Assembly: GCA_040222015.1 (NCBI GenBank)
Contig: JAVJWO010000088.1
Coordinates: forward strand, 1 to 16,284
Reading direction: 5' to 3'
Length of the DNA stretch: 16,284 bases
Origin: Coleofasciculus chthonoplastes F2-STO-03
GTDB taxonomy: Bacteria > Cyanobacteriota > Cyanobacteriia > Cyanobacteriales > Coleofasciculaceae
Shown: positions 8,172 through 16,212 of the stretch, one piece after another
How the letters are laid out: each line of letters starts with the position of its first letter
Position numbering within the stretch: position 1 is the first letter of the stretch
Made by a program: the position numbers and the translations under genes
The notes under the pieces: model-generated
The model's database searches: none
What the model was told of the DNA's origin: nothing
The model's input: only the letters and a program-made list of their open reading frames with translations

Positions 8172-8810
8172 ATGGTAAATAGTCTCCAAGAACTGATTAA
8201 CGAGCCAGAATTGACTCAAATTGATGACCCGGAGGAGAGATTCACAACCAGTGAGGTAAGCTGGAATCAATACGAAGCCCTCCTAGTAAAACTGGGAGAC
8301 AACTCTCATTACCGCATCACCTATTTGGATGGAGTGTTAGAAATCGTGTCACCGTCTTTGAGACATGAAAAACTCAAAAAGCGTCTAGCCACTCTGATCG
8401 AGTTTTATTTGATAAAAAACCGAATCAAGCACACGCCAATGGGGAGTACCAGAGTCAAGAAGCAACTTAAAAAAGTGGGCGCTGAACCGGATGAATGTTA
8501 TTGCATCGGAGAGGAAAAAGATATCCCAGATTTAGCGGTGGAAGTGATTATTATCAGTGGGAGTATTGATAAGCTAGATATCTATCGACGCTTGGGAGTC
8601 ACTGAGGTATGGCTCTGGAAAACGAATCGACTCAAACTTTACCATTTACGAGAGGAAACGCCATCTGTCTTTGAGGACACGTATGGGTATGAACAAACCG
8701 TAACCAGTGAATTATTGCCAGGATTAGATATAGCTTTGCTCGAACAGTGTGTTTTCATTTCTGACCAAATTGAAGCGATTGACGCTTTTGAACAAGGACT
8801 CAATGCTTAA
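8172..8810 (+). CDS. Uma2 family (DUF820) endonuclease-like protein
   Basis: VSWNQYEALL, RITYLDGVLEIVSPSLRHE, GAEPDECYCIG, PDLAVEVII, KLDIYRRLGVTEVWLW. Confidence 0.93.
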   Translation: MVNSLQELINEPELTQIDDPEERFTTSEVSWNQYEALLVKLGDNSHYRITYLDGVLEIVSPSLRHEKLKKRLATLIEFYLIKNRIKHTPMGSTRVKKQLKKVGAEPDECYCIGEEKDIPDLAVEVIIISGSIDKLDIYRRLGVTEVWLWKTNRLKLYHLREETPSVFEDTYGYEQTVTSELLPGLDIALLEQCVFISDQIEAIDAFEQGLNA

Positions 8811-8906
8811 TGAATAAAAATGTTAACACCTGTCGCAACAACCCGCCAGGGATTCAAATCCCTGGCTAAAAGCTTAAGTCGTCTAAAGACGACTAAACAC
8901 GAGTTT

Positions 8907-9139
8907 TAAGTAGTCGGACAAAAGTTTTGGGAATTGTATAAAGTTTTGTAAATGTGACTCTAATTGCCTTGAGGCAAAGGTTATAGCGCTTCGCGCTGGT
9001 CTAGTTACACTTTGTTTGTACGAACATCTCATCTGGACTCAGTTTCAGGTACGGGAGTTGTAAATACACCAGAGCGATTTGCTATACAAGCATTTTTGGC
9101 TTTTGGGTACAGTGCTGTTTATTTATGTCCGACTACTTA
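8907..9139. mobile_element. MITE with TA-flanked terminal inverted repeats (IS630/Tc1-mariner style)
   Basis: TAAGTAGTCGGACA (8907-8920) and TGTCCGACTACTTA (9126-9139) are perfect 14-bp inverted repeats including the TA; no ORF in the track. Confidence 0.78.
8982..9086. mobile_element. Innermost 105-bp MITE with TATAGC...GCTATA ends
   Basis: TATAGCGCTTCGCGCTGGTCTAGTTACA versus reverse complement of the right end TATAGCAAATCGCTCTGGTGTATTTACA, 22/28 matches. Confidence 0.68.
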
Positions 9140-9243
9140 GTCCACTTCAGTGGACTTAAGCTATAAGCCAAGAACTTGAGTTCTTGGCGGGTGACGGGGG
9201 GTTACTAATAATTATGATGCTGACAGATTTAAGAGGAATGGTT

Positions 9244-9272
9244 GTCGGTTGGGTTGACCCAGGAAACCCAAC
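9244..9272 (+). repeat. REP-like hairpin between convergent genes; possible terminator for menD
   Basis: GTCG-GTTGGGTT-GACCCAGGA-AACCCAAC, an 8-bp stem with a degenerate GTAG foot, 37 bp past the menD stop. Confidence 0.6.
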
Positions 9273-9309
9273 ATCAAAGGTTAATGTTCTTGCGGCACAA
9301 TTGGATAGG

Positions 9310-11154
9310 TTAAGGTTCCTTTACGACAAATGAACTTAGATGGGTTTGTCGCCACGTTGCGTCTGTTTTGCGATTGGTGGGTATTTCTAATACTCGAATC
9401 CCTTGACTCGGTAATGGATTCAGTAATTGTTGCAATTGTTGCCAGGATTCAATCCGTTGATGTTCTACCCCGTAGGTTAAACATAATTGTGCAAAGTCTA
9501 TATGCTGGGGTGTGGCAAAGAATTCTTCAAAGGGTGGCTCAAAGTTTGAAATGGGTAACATTTCAAAAATGCCACCGCCGTTATTGTTGATTAAGATAAT
9601 GGTGAGATGACCGATAAGTTTATTGTTGAGTAAAAAACCATTGGTATCATGCAATAATGCTAAGTCTCCCGTTAGCATTACGGTACTCTGATTCCGGTGA
9701 GCAATCCCTAAGGCTGTGGATAAGGTGCCATCAATGCCATTCGCACCGCGATTAAACCAGGGCTGAATTCTTGTATTCCCTGGCGACCAAAAGAATTCGA
9801 CATCCCGCACGGGCATACTATTGGCAATAAATAAGGGTGTCCCTGTGGGTAAAGATTGAGAGAGTATCCAGGCGGCTTTTCCTTCAAATAATTGAGGCAT
9901 TTCTGCCATTGTCTGATCAACGGCTTTCCTGACTTGCAATTCTACATCACACCATTTTTTTAGGTAATTAGAGATGGAAAATAAGTTTTGCGCTGAGACA
10001 GGGGCGGGTTTAGTTACGTTATCGGTTTTGCCAACAATGTTATCGGTAAAACCCGCCCCTACAGTCTGATTTTGTGTCTTATTCGTGGTTAGCAATTGTC
10101 CGATTTCTTCGATAGAAATCCGCAGATGCGTGGTTTTCCCATGCAGGGCATCTAAGTTATGATCACAAGGGTCAATAATCCAGCGTTGGGGTTGATAAGT
10201 ATTTAACCAAGCGCGTAGTTCTTTACTGGTGGGAAGTTCGCCAATTTGAATAACAATAGTCGGTTTTAGTTGTTGCGCCAGTTGGCGATTCCGGAGGATT
10301 AAATCATAAGTAGAAATGAGATAAGGATTTAGGTTGGCGTAGTTTCTTAGGGGAGAAAGCCCTTCGGCTAATAGGGGAAAGTTTAGAGATTGCGAAAGTT
10401 GGGCGATCGCATGACAATAGGCTTGGGGGTTTTGGGGTTGGGCTAGACCTGCAATAATTAAACCGCGATCGCACTCTTGCCAGTCTGAGTAGGGAATCGT
10501 TTGCACCAATGCAGGAGAGGGGGAATGCACAGATGGGGGAGTAATCCCGGCAAAGAAGTCATCCACTGGGAATTGTGATTGTAACTCCGTGGCGTCGTCT
10601 TCCGGAATCGGTGCTAAAGGATCACGGAATGGGCAATTTAAATGAACAATACCCGGAACTGGAAAGCGCGATCGCTCCCAGGCGTGAATTACGGTTTGTC
10701 GCAGATATCTCAACATCCCGATTTCCAGAGACGGTACAGCTAATTCGGTTTGCCAGTTGGGATAATTGCCATAGAGTTTTACTTGGTCAATGGTTTGCCC
10801 TGAATGACAATCGCGTAGTTCTGGGGGACGGTCTGCGGTTAAAATTAATAGAGGAATCCGGCTTTCTCGTGCTTCAATAATCGCGGGATAGAAATTCGCC
10901 CCGGCGGTTCCTGAGGTACAAACCAACGCCACAGGTAGCCCCGATTTTCGGGCAACTCCCAAGGCGAAAAAGGCAGCCGAACGTTCATCGAGAATCGGAA
11001 TTGCCTCAACTTGGCTGTATTGTGCAAAAGCAACAGTAAGCGGGGTGGAACGTGAACCGGGGCATAAGACGGCTGTAGTTAATCCCAACCGCGTTAACGT
11101 TTCCACCAGTATAGAAGCCCAGACAGTATTGGTATTACGAAAGTCAATTAGCAT
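9310..11154 (-). CDS. menD: SEPHCHC synthase MenD (phylloquinone/menaquinone biosynthesis), with a repeat-derived in-frame insertion
   Basis: CPGSRSTPL, DERSAAFFALG, CTSGTAGAN, LTADRPPEL, GQTIDQ, ANSMPVRD, NRGANGIDG and the ThDP motif GDLALLHD...NNNGGGIF. ATG 11154 preferred over TTG 11163. Confidence 0.97.
   Translation of the reverse strand: MLIDFRNTNTVWASILVETLTRLGLTTAVLCPGSRSTPLTVAFAQYSQVEAIPILDERSAAFFALGVARKSGLPVALVCTSGTAGANFYPAIIEARESRIPLLILTADRPPELRDCHSGQTIDQVKLYGNYPNWQTELAVPSLEIGMLRYLRQTVIHAWERSRFPVPGIVHLNCPFRDPLAPIPEDDATELQSQFPVDDFFAGITPPSVHSPSPALVQTIPYSDWQECDRGLIIAGLAQPQNPQAYCHAIAQLSQSLNFPLLAEGLSPLRNYANLNPYLISTYDLILRNRQLAQQLKPTIVIQIGELPTSKELRAWLNTYQPQRWIIDPCDHNLDALHGKTTHLRISIEEIGQLLTTNKTQNQTVGAGFTDNIVGKTDNVTKPAPVSAQNLFSISNYLKKWCDVELQVRKAVDQTMAEMPQLFEGKAAWILSQSLPTGTPLFIANSMPVRDVEFFWSPGNTRIQPWFNRGANGIDGTLSTALGIAHRNQSTVMLTGDLALLHDTNGFLLNNKLIGHLTIILINNNGGGIFEMLPISNFEPPFEEFFATPQHIDFAQLCLTYGVEHQRIESWQQLQQLLNPLPSQGIRVLEIPTNRKTDATWRQTHLSSFVVKEP
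10000..10063 (-). repeat. ~62-bp REPIN/MITE-like element inside menD, same family as 1394-1453
   Basis: Minus strand GTAGGGGCGGGTTTT...ACTAAACCCGCCCCT; encodes VGAGFTDNIVGKTDNVTKPAP; internal direct repeat GTTATCGGT at 10018 and 10039. Confidence 0.88.
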
Positions 11155-11170
11155 CGCATCCAATACTATA

Positions 11171-11375
11171 GGGTCTACTGAATAAGTCTTGTGGTGAGGG
11201 GGAGCGGGGGAAGCCGGGGAAGCTGGGGGAGCTGGGGGAGCAAGGGTACATTTTTCCTGAGCAAGGTGATGCCATACTTATGAAGAATACTACCCGATTT
11301 CCTTGAATCAAACCCTCTGTCAATAAAGCTTAAAGTATTGATGGGCTAAGGGTTTTGGCTTTGTGCAGCAAGCCC
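11171..11375. mobile_element. 205-bp MITE with degenerate terminal inverted repeats and a 7-bp direct repeat TACTATA
   Basis: TACTATA at 11164-11170 and 11376-11382; left end GGGTCTACTGAATAA versus reverse complement of the right end GGGCTTGCTGCACAA. Confidence 0.65.
11198..11241 (+). repeat. Short G-rich tandem repeat (~9-bp units, GGGGGAGCT-like, about 5 copies)
   Basis: GGGGGAGC GGGGGAAGCC GGGGAAGCT GGGGGAGCT GGGGGAGC. Confidence 0.85.
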
Positions 11376-11415
11376 TACTATAGCAGAAGCGTTTGGTTGT
11401 TGAGATCTCAAGTTC

Positions 11416-11445
11416 CGTAGGGGTACGACATGTCGTACCCCTACG
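11416..11445. repeat. Perfect 30-bp GTAG-type REP palindrome downstream of the acetate-CoA ligase gene
   Basis: CGTAGGGGTACGACA|TGTCGTACCCCTACG, 26 bp past the stop at 11472. Confidence 0.92.
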
Positions 11446-11471
11446 ATTCAGCCTCTGTGGGTCAATCCTAA

Positions 11472-14213
11472 CTACAAACGAATCTCGGCTTTGACTAAAT
11501 CATTACCTGCCCGTTCGAGATGGAAACCCACTTTTTCCGCCACCTTCTGCATCGGCACATTTTCTGCCAGAATATCAGCAGTAATCCGCGTCAGTTTCTC
11601 TTGGCGACCCACTTGAATAATGCGTTGCAGTAATTCCGTCCCTAATCCGCGACGCTGATAGGGGTCACTAATTAACATAGCGAATTCCGCTTCATTAATC
11701 CCATGCATCTTGCTCAATCGCGCCACGCCCAAGATTTGATGCTTTTTCGTCTCCGGATCTTTATAGTCTGCCACCAGTGCCATTTCCCGATCATAGTCAA
11801 TAAAGCAGATGCGGGTTAATCGTTCATGGGCAATCCGCCGACTCAGCTTCATTAAGCTGAAATAACGCAAATAGACACTTTCTTCCGATAGCGTTTGGTG
11901 GAATTGCACGATTAAGGGTTCATCCTCTGGACGAATCGGACGAATCTTCACGGGCGTACCATCATTAAGCTGCCATGGGGTGACGTACTGCCGAGGATAG
12001 GGACAAACCGCCGTTTTCGGGAGTTGGTTTTCCTCAACGTCAAGATCTTGGAGGATAATCCGGGCATCTAGGGCGATGAGTCGATCCGAAGATGCTTGCA
12101 GGGGATTGATATCAATTTCCTTGATCCAACGCTGTTCAATCACCAACTGACTAAAGCGAACCATAATCTGCTCAAGTTCGGCTAAATCAACGGCTTGACG
12201 CCCCCGCACCCCTTTGAGTGCCTTATAGATTTGCGTCTGTTCGATCATCCGCCGCGCTAGGGTGGTATTCAGAGGAGGGAGTGCGATCGCCCGATCCTTG
12301 AATACCTCAACTAACTGTCCCCCAGACCCAAAGACTAACACTGGTCCAAACTGCGGATCAACGATGCTGCCAATAATCAGTTCATAAGCACCATCCTGGC
12401 GCACCATTTGTTGAACCGTAACACCTAAGAAATGTTCAGCACCTACTTTCTCCGTCACCGTTGATTTAATCGTGTTATATGCCCAACGCACCGCTTCTTC
12501 ATCAGTGAGATTTAACTGAACCCCACCCACATCAGTTTTATGGGTAATAGTTTCCGAGAAGAGTTTCAACACCACCGGGTATCCCAGGGAATTCGCCCAA
12601 TTCACCGCATTTTCTTCTGTTTTTGCTACCCCAGTATGCACAATCGGGATATTATAGGCAGCGAGGAGTTGTTTCGATTCCAACTCCGTCAGAATCGTCC
12701 GTCCCGCCTTGCGTGCCGTTTCAATCATCTGCTGCGCCAAAGCGCGATCGGGTCCGGTTTCTTCGGATGATGGTAAAATCGGCGTTTCGTAGATCCCACT
12801 CAGGTTGTAGCTGTACTGCCACATTAAATTAAATAACCGCGCCGCATCATCGGGATAGGGATAGGTGGGAATGCTGGCACGGTTGAGTAAGGTTTCCCCA
12901 GTTTTGGTTTCTGATCCTCCCATCCAACTAGCAAACACGGGTTTAACAGCTTTCTGGGCATAAGGTTTTAACTGTTCGGCAATTTGGGTGGGATCAGTCA
13001 TGGCTTGGGGCGTGAGAATCACCAACAATCCATCACTATTGGGATCTTCAACCGCAATATCCAGGGCTTTGGTATAGCGATCGGGGTCAGCATCACCGAG
13101 AATATCAATGGGATTACCATGACTCCAATGGGGGGGCAGGATTTCGTTGAGGGCAGTTACCGTATCCTCAGAGAGTTCTGCCAATGCACCACCCGCGCTA
13201 ATTAAGGCGTCTGTTGCTAACACCCCTGGTCCCCCGGCATTAGTAATAATGGTCAAGCGGGGTCCTTTGGGACGACGGGGCTGTTTCGCCCACACCTCTG
13301 CCATATCAAACAGTTCGGAGATAGTATTCACGCGCACCACCCCACAACGGCGGAAGGCAGCATCCAGGACATCATCGCTTCCGGCTAAAGAACCGGTATG
13401 GGAGGCGGAGGCTTTAGCTGCGGCTTCGGTGCGCCCGGTTTTTATCACAATAATCGGCTTGGTTAATGCCACTTCCCGCGCCGCTGAGAGGAACGATCGC
13501 GCATCGCCAATGGATTCCATATAAATGACGATGCTATGGGTGTGGGGATCATCACCAAGATAGTAAATCAGATCCCCCCAATTCACATCCATCATCGAAC
13601 CAATGGAAATAAAGGCACTAAAGCCCACATTTTCCCAGAAACTCCAATCTAGGACAGCGGTACATAATGCCCCACTCTGACTAATAAACGCCAAATTACC
13701 CGGACGCGCCATGGTACTGGCGAAGGTAGCATTTAACCCACTGCGCGGACTCATTAAACCCAGGCAATTCGGACCAATAATTCGCATTTTGCCCCGGGCG
13801 GTTTCCAGGATTTGTTGTTCTAACTCGACTCCCTTCGGACCAATTTCTTTAAATCCGGCTGAAATAATAATCGCGCTTTTGACCCCAACATCAACGCACT
13901 CTTGGATGACTCCGGGTACGAAAGGGGCGGGTATAGCAATGATCGCCAGATCCACGAGATCTGGAATGTCTTTAATACTGGAATAAGCGGGAATCCCTAG
14001 GACACTATGCCGTTTGGGATTCACTGGAAAAATGGTTCCCCCGAAAGGATTACTCATTAAATTCCATAGCAGGGTTCGCCCCACACTGCCCTCTTTATCC
14101 GTCGCCCCAATTACAGCAACGGTATCGGGGGCGAAGAAGGTGTGCAGGGGTTGACGTTCGGAACGCAGAATATCGTATGCTGGATCGGTGGTTGGTTTAA
14201 GTGGCTTAACCAT
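11472..14213 (-). CDS. Bifunctional acetate-CoA ligase (ADP-forming) family / GNAT acetyltransferase (Pat-like), 913 aa
   Basis: CoA-binding [58 protein letters not shown]-grasp [24 protein letters not shown]-terminal [24 protein letters not shown]. Confidence 0.95.
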   Translation of the reverse strand: MVKPLKPTTDPAYDILRSERQPLHTFFAPDTVAVIGATDKEGSVGRTLLWNLMSNPFGGTIFPVNPKRHSVLGIPAYSSIKDIPDLVDLAIIAIPAPFVPGVIQECVDVGVKSAIIISAGFKEIGPKGVELEQQILETARGKMRIIGPNCLGLMSPRSGLNATFASTMARPGNLAFISQSGALCTAVLDWSFWENVGFSAFISIGSMMDVNWGDLIYYLGDDPHTHSIVIYMESIGDARSFLSAAREVALTKPIIVIKTGRTEAAAKASASHTGSLAGSDDVLDAAFRRCGVVRVNTISELFDMAEVWAKQPRRPKGPRLTIITNAGGPGVLATDALISAGGALAELSEDTVTALNEILPPHWSHGNPIDILGDADPDRYTKALDIAVEDPNSDGLLVILTPQAMTDPTQIAEQLKPYAQKAVKPVFASWMGGSETKTGETLLNRASIPTYPYPDDAARLFNLMWQYSYNLSGIYETPILPSSEETGPDRALAQQMIETARKAGRTILTELESKQLLAAYNIPIVHTGVAKTEENAVNWANSLGYPVVLKLFSETITHKTDVGGVQLNLTDEEAVRWAYNTIKSTVTEKVGAEHFLGVTVQQMVRQDGAYELIIGSIVDPQFGPVLVFGSGGQLVEVFKDRAIALPPLNTTLARRMIEQTQIYKALKGVRGRQAVDLAELEQIMVRFSQLVIEQRWIKEIDINPLQASSDRLIALDARIILQDLDVEENQLPKTAVCPYPRQYVTPWQLNDGTPVKIRPIRPEDEPLIVQFHQTLSEESVYLRYFSLMKLSRRIAHERLTRICFIDYDREMALVADYKDPETKKHQILGVARLSKMHGINEAEFAMLISDPYQRRGLGTELLQRIIQVGRQEKLTRITADILAENVPMQKVAEKVGFHLERAGNDLVKAEIRL

Positions 14214-14360
14214 TGTTTTTTCCTTTCCTTATTAATACTTCTGGGGAAAAATTGAAACGGAACGGTTAACACTGAACACACAAGGACTAAAACCTAGGGT
14301 TCTCCCTGATAATTAATCTGCCATCTCAGTTGGAAAAGGTGGGGAAGACGTTTTGATTGT

Positions 14361-14421
14361 GTAGGGGTTGGTTTTACTACTATCGTTTCTTACCTCACCC
14401 AGATTGGACTCGCGCCCGCCC
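14361..14421 (+). repeat. Degenerate intergenic copy of the ~60-bp GTAGGGGCGGGTTT element
   Basis: GTAGGGGTTGGTTTTACTACTATCGTTTCTTACCTCACCCAGATTGGACTCGCGCCCGCCC aligns along its length with the hypF copy (shared TATCGTTT, TCACCC, GAT, GACT, CCCGCCC). Confidence 0.7.
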
Positions 14422-14439
14422 AGACTGAGTTAAATTAAC

Positions 14440-14943
14440 TCACAACTCCCTCATCTCGACGCAACCGGATGATTTTAGAGACGGCGATTCCGCTGGTATT
14501 GCCAACAGGCGATGAATATGAATCAGGGCGTCGGTAACTCCCTGTTGGGCAATGGGTGAGAGAATTTCGCCAAACTCGAAGTCAACAGCGGGGATGGTAA
14601 CCAGCCAAGCGGGGGGAGAATGATCATAAAGGACTTGGGCTAACGCTAACAGCGATCGCGGATCACAATGATGCCCGACCGAGATTGTATCAGCATCCTC
14701 CGATCGCAGGGGAAAGACTTGCACCGGGGCTGTCTCTCCAGATACGGGATAAGCATCCACAAAAATCGCCCCATCCACAGTGGCTAAGGTTTGTGCCAAT
14801 TCGGGAGTCAGTTGGTGCAGGGGAAGCGATCGCACCCCAAAACATCCCCACTCTTGTACCTCCATTGCCACAACTTGACCCACACCGTCATCCCGCCGCA
14901 GCGTATTCCCATAGCCAATCACCACCCATTGGTCATTTGTCAT
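14440..14943 (-). CDS. hoxW: Hydrogenase maturation endopeptidase, HoxW type
   Basis: VIGYGNTLRRDDGVG, the HQL motif (LHQLTPELA) characteristic of HoxW, IFVDA, GHHCDP, FEFGEILS. Confidence 0.88.
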   Translation of the reverse strand: MTNDQWVVIGYGNTLRRDDGVGQVVAMEVQEWGCFGVRSLPLHQLTPELAQTLATVDGAIFVDAYPVSGETAPVQVFPLRSEDADTISVGHHCDPRSLLALAQVLYDHSPPAWLVTIPAVDFEFGEILSPIAQQGVTDALIHIHRLLAIPAESPSLKSSGCVEMREL

Positions 14944-14962
14944 TGGTCATTTGTCCTTTGTC
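14927..14962. repeat. STRR2-type heptamer array (TT[G/T]GTCA, 5 copies) overlapping the hoxW start
   Basis: CATTGGT CATTTGT CATTGGT CATTTGT CCTTTGT C. Confidence 0.9.
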
Positions 14963-15021
14963 AGGCTTGACTGGATGTTTACAGAACGTAACATCATTCC
15001 CTTGATCTCCACGGACTTAAC

Positions 15022-16188
15022 TTAGCAGTATTCTAACTGGACTTCTTTCTTATGGTTTTGCAAATACTTCACTACCTCTTCTACTAAATTCCGGCGGATG
15101 GAAATGTTTTTGGGTAACAGCGGATTTTGATAAAATTCGTTAATTTTCTGCCCCACCAAGAAAAGTACCGAATCCGCCATCAAGATTTCCTTAGCTAGAA
15201 GCGCTGCACCATTGCGATCCGTCGGTAAGCGATCGATATCACATTTACATTTTTTTAAGATTTCTAGGCTTTTCGAGATCGTTAATATCCCTTCAGTTAC
15301 CAGGTCAATTTTGCTTAACTTCCCAATCGGCGGCAGATCCGGTCGCATCGTGGCAATATCCATTTCCACCTCTTCACCCAGATATTTGCCCACAATATTC
15401 CCCGTGGTTCCGCCACAGATCACTTTTCTGCCCTCAAAATTTAATAAGCGTTCCACATAAACCTTGTCGTGACGTTGATCCAGAGGGGGTCCCGTAAAAA
15501 TCATTAACTCATTACGCTGCCGCACACAGACGCCCACAAACGTGGCATCATCCCCAATTTTCCCTTGATAGAGGTTGTGCGTTTCGCCAATCACTTTGCG
15601 GACAATATTACGAGCAGTGTAGGTATCCCGAATATATAGGCTTTCAATGTATTTGGCAATATTTTCCCAGCCCCAGCCAAAATTTAAAACCGCACCCAGT
15701 CCAGCATACAAGACGCCATCACTAATCGCCCCCAGGAAATCTCCCCGTTCTAAATGCCCTTCAGAAATAACAATTTCTTTCTCCAGAATTTTTTCAGTTC
15801 GGGTTTCAACGGGAACAGGTTTTCCTCTCCTAAAATGAAAAATGGGTGGGTTATCAAAGTTTATAACTTTAAATTTATTGGTTTTATGATTAACACGAAT
15901 TATAGTAAACGTGGCGTAAGCAATTTTCCGAACACTACAAATGGGCAACGTACCAATCACCGTTTCGATCACCTCGGTCAGGGACAGATCGGCATTCAAC
16001 ATGGTGATCAAGATTTCCGTCGTCAGCGTTGCTAGGATATTCGCCTTGACACCACTTCCTAAGCCATCGGATAAAACAATCGTCGTCTTATCCTTCGTCT
16101 TGATAAACTTAACCTGGTCGCCACACAGTTCCTCTCCCTTTTTATTTAAGCTTAAATCATAGATATCCAGAAAATGATCACGACTCAT
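15022..16188 (-). CDS. SpoIIE/PP2C-like serine phosphatase with C-terminal extension, resembling the HfsC-type phosphatases of hydrogenase sensory operons
   Basis: NKKGEELCGD, VLSDGLGSGVKANILATLT, TLPICSVRKIAYATFTII, SDGVLYAGLG, GWGWENI, GDDAT; C-terminal TGPP, ICGGTT, DLVTEGILT. Confidence 0.85.
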   Translation of the reverse strand: MSRDHFLDIYDLSLNKKGEELCGDQVKFIKTKDKTTIVLSDGLGSGVKANILATLTTEILITMLNADLSLTEVIETVIGTLPICSVRKIAYATFTIIRVNHKTNKFKVINFDNPPIFHFRRGKPVPVETRTEKILEKEIVISEGHLERGDFLGAISDGVLYAGLGAVLNFGWGWENIAKYIESLYIRDTYTARNIVRKVIGETHNLYQGKIGDDATFVGVCVRQRNELMIFTGPPLDQRHDKVYVERLLNFEGRKVICGGTTGNIVGKYLGEEVEMDIATMRPDLPPIGKLSKIDLVTEGILTISKSLEILKKCKCDIDRLPTDRNGAALLAKEILMADSVLFLVGQKINEFYQNPLLPKNISIRRNLVEEVVKYLQNHKKEVQLEYC

Positions 16189-16212
16189 AAGCTTTTATAT
16201 AGTTAAACGACA

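Larger units (their letters stand above)
8841..9192. mobile_element. Outer palindromic miniature element (double-hairpin inverted arms), interrupted by nested MITEs
   Basis: Left arm ACCCGCCAGGGAT-TCAA-ATCCCTGGCTAAAAGCTTAAGTC versus reverse complement of right arm ACCCGCCAAGAAC-TCAA-GTTCTTGGCTTATAGCTTAAGTC; second hairpins AGTCGTCT-AA-AGACGACT and AGTCCACT-TC-AGTGGACT. Confidence 0.75.
366..14833. repeat. Dispersed HIP1 octamers GCGATCGC (13 counted by eye)
   Basis: Starts at 366, 1119, 1918, 2281, 2396, 2481, 8128, 10403, 10465, 10668, 12283, 14652 and 14826. Confidence 0.88.

Noticed and set aside
8172..8810. Uma2 genes as core components of the CHAT system
   Set aside because: Uma2 paralogues are very numerous and scattered in cyanobacteria, and a HIP1 site separates this gene from the module, so adjacency alone is weak evidence.
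11400..11411. 12-bp palindrome TTGAGATCTCAA as an operator
   Set aside because: Single occurrence beside a REP, with no regulator or matching motif that I can support.
9330..16162. Short ORFs overlapping menD, the ligase, hoxW and the phosphatase
   Set aside because: Antisense or alternative-frame shadows of conserved genes.
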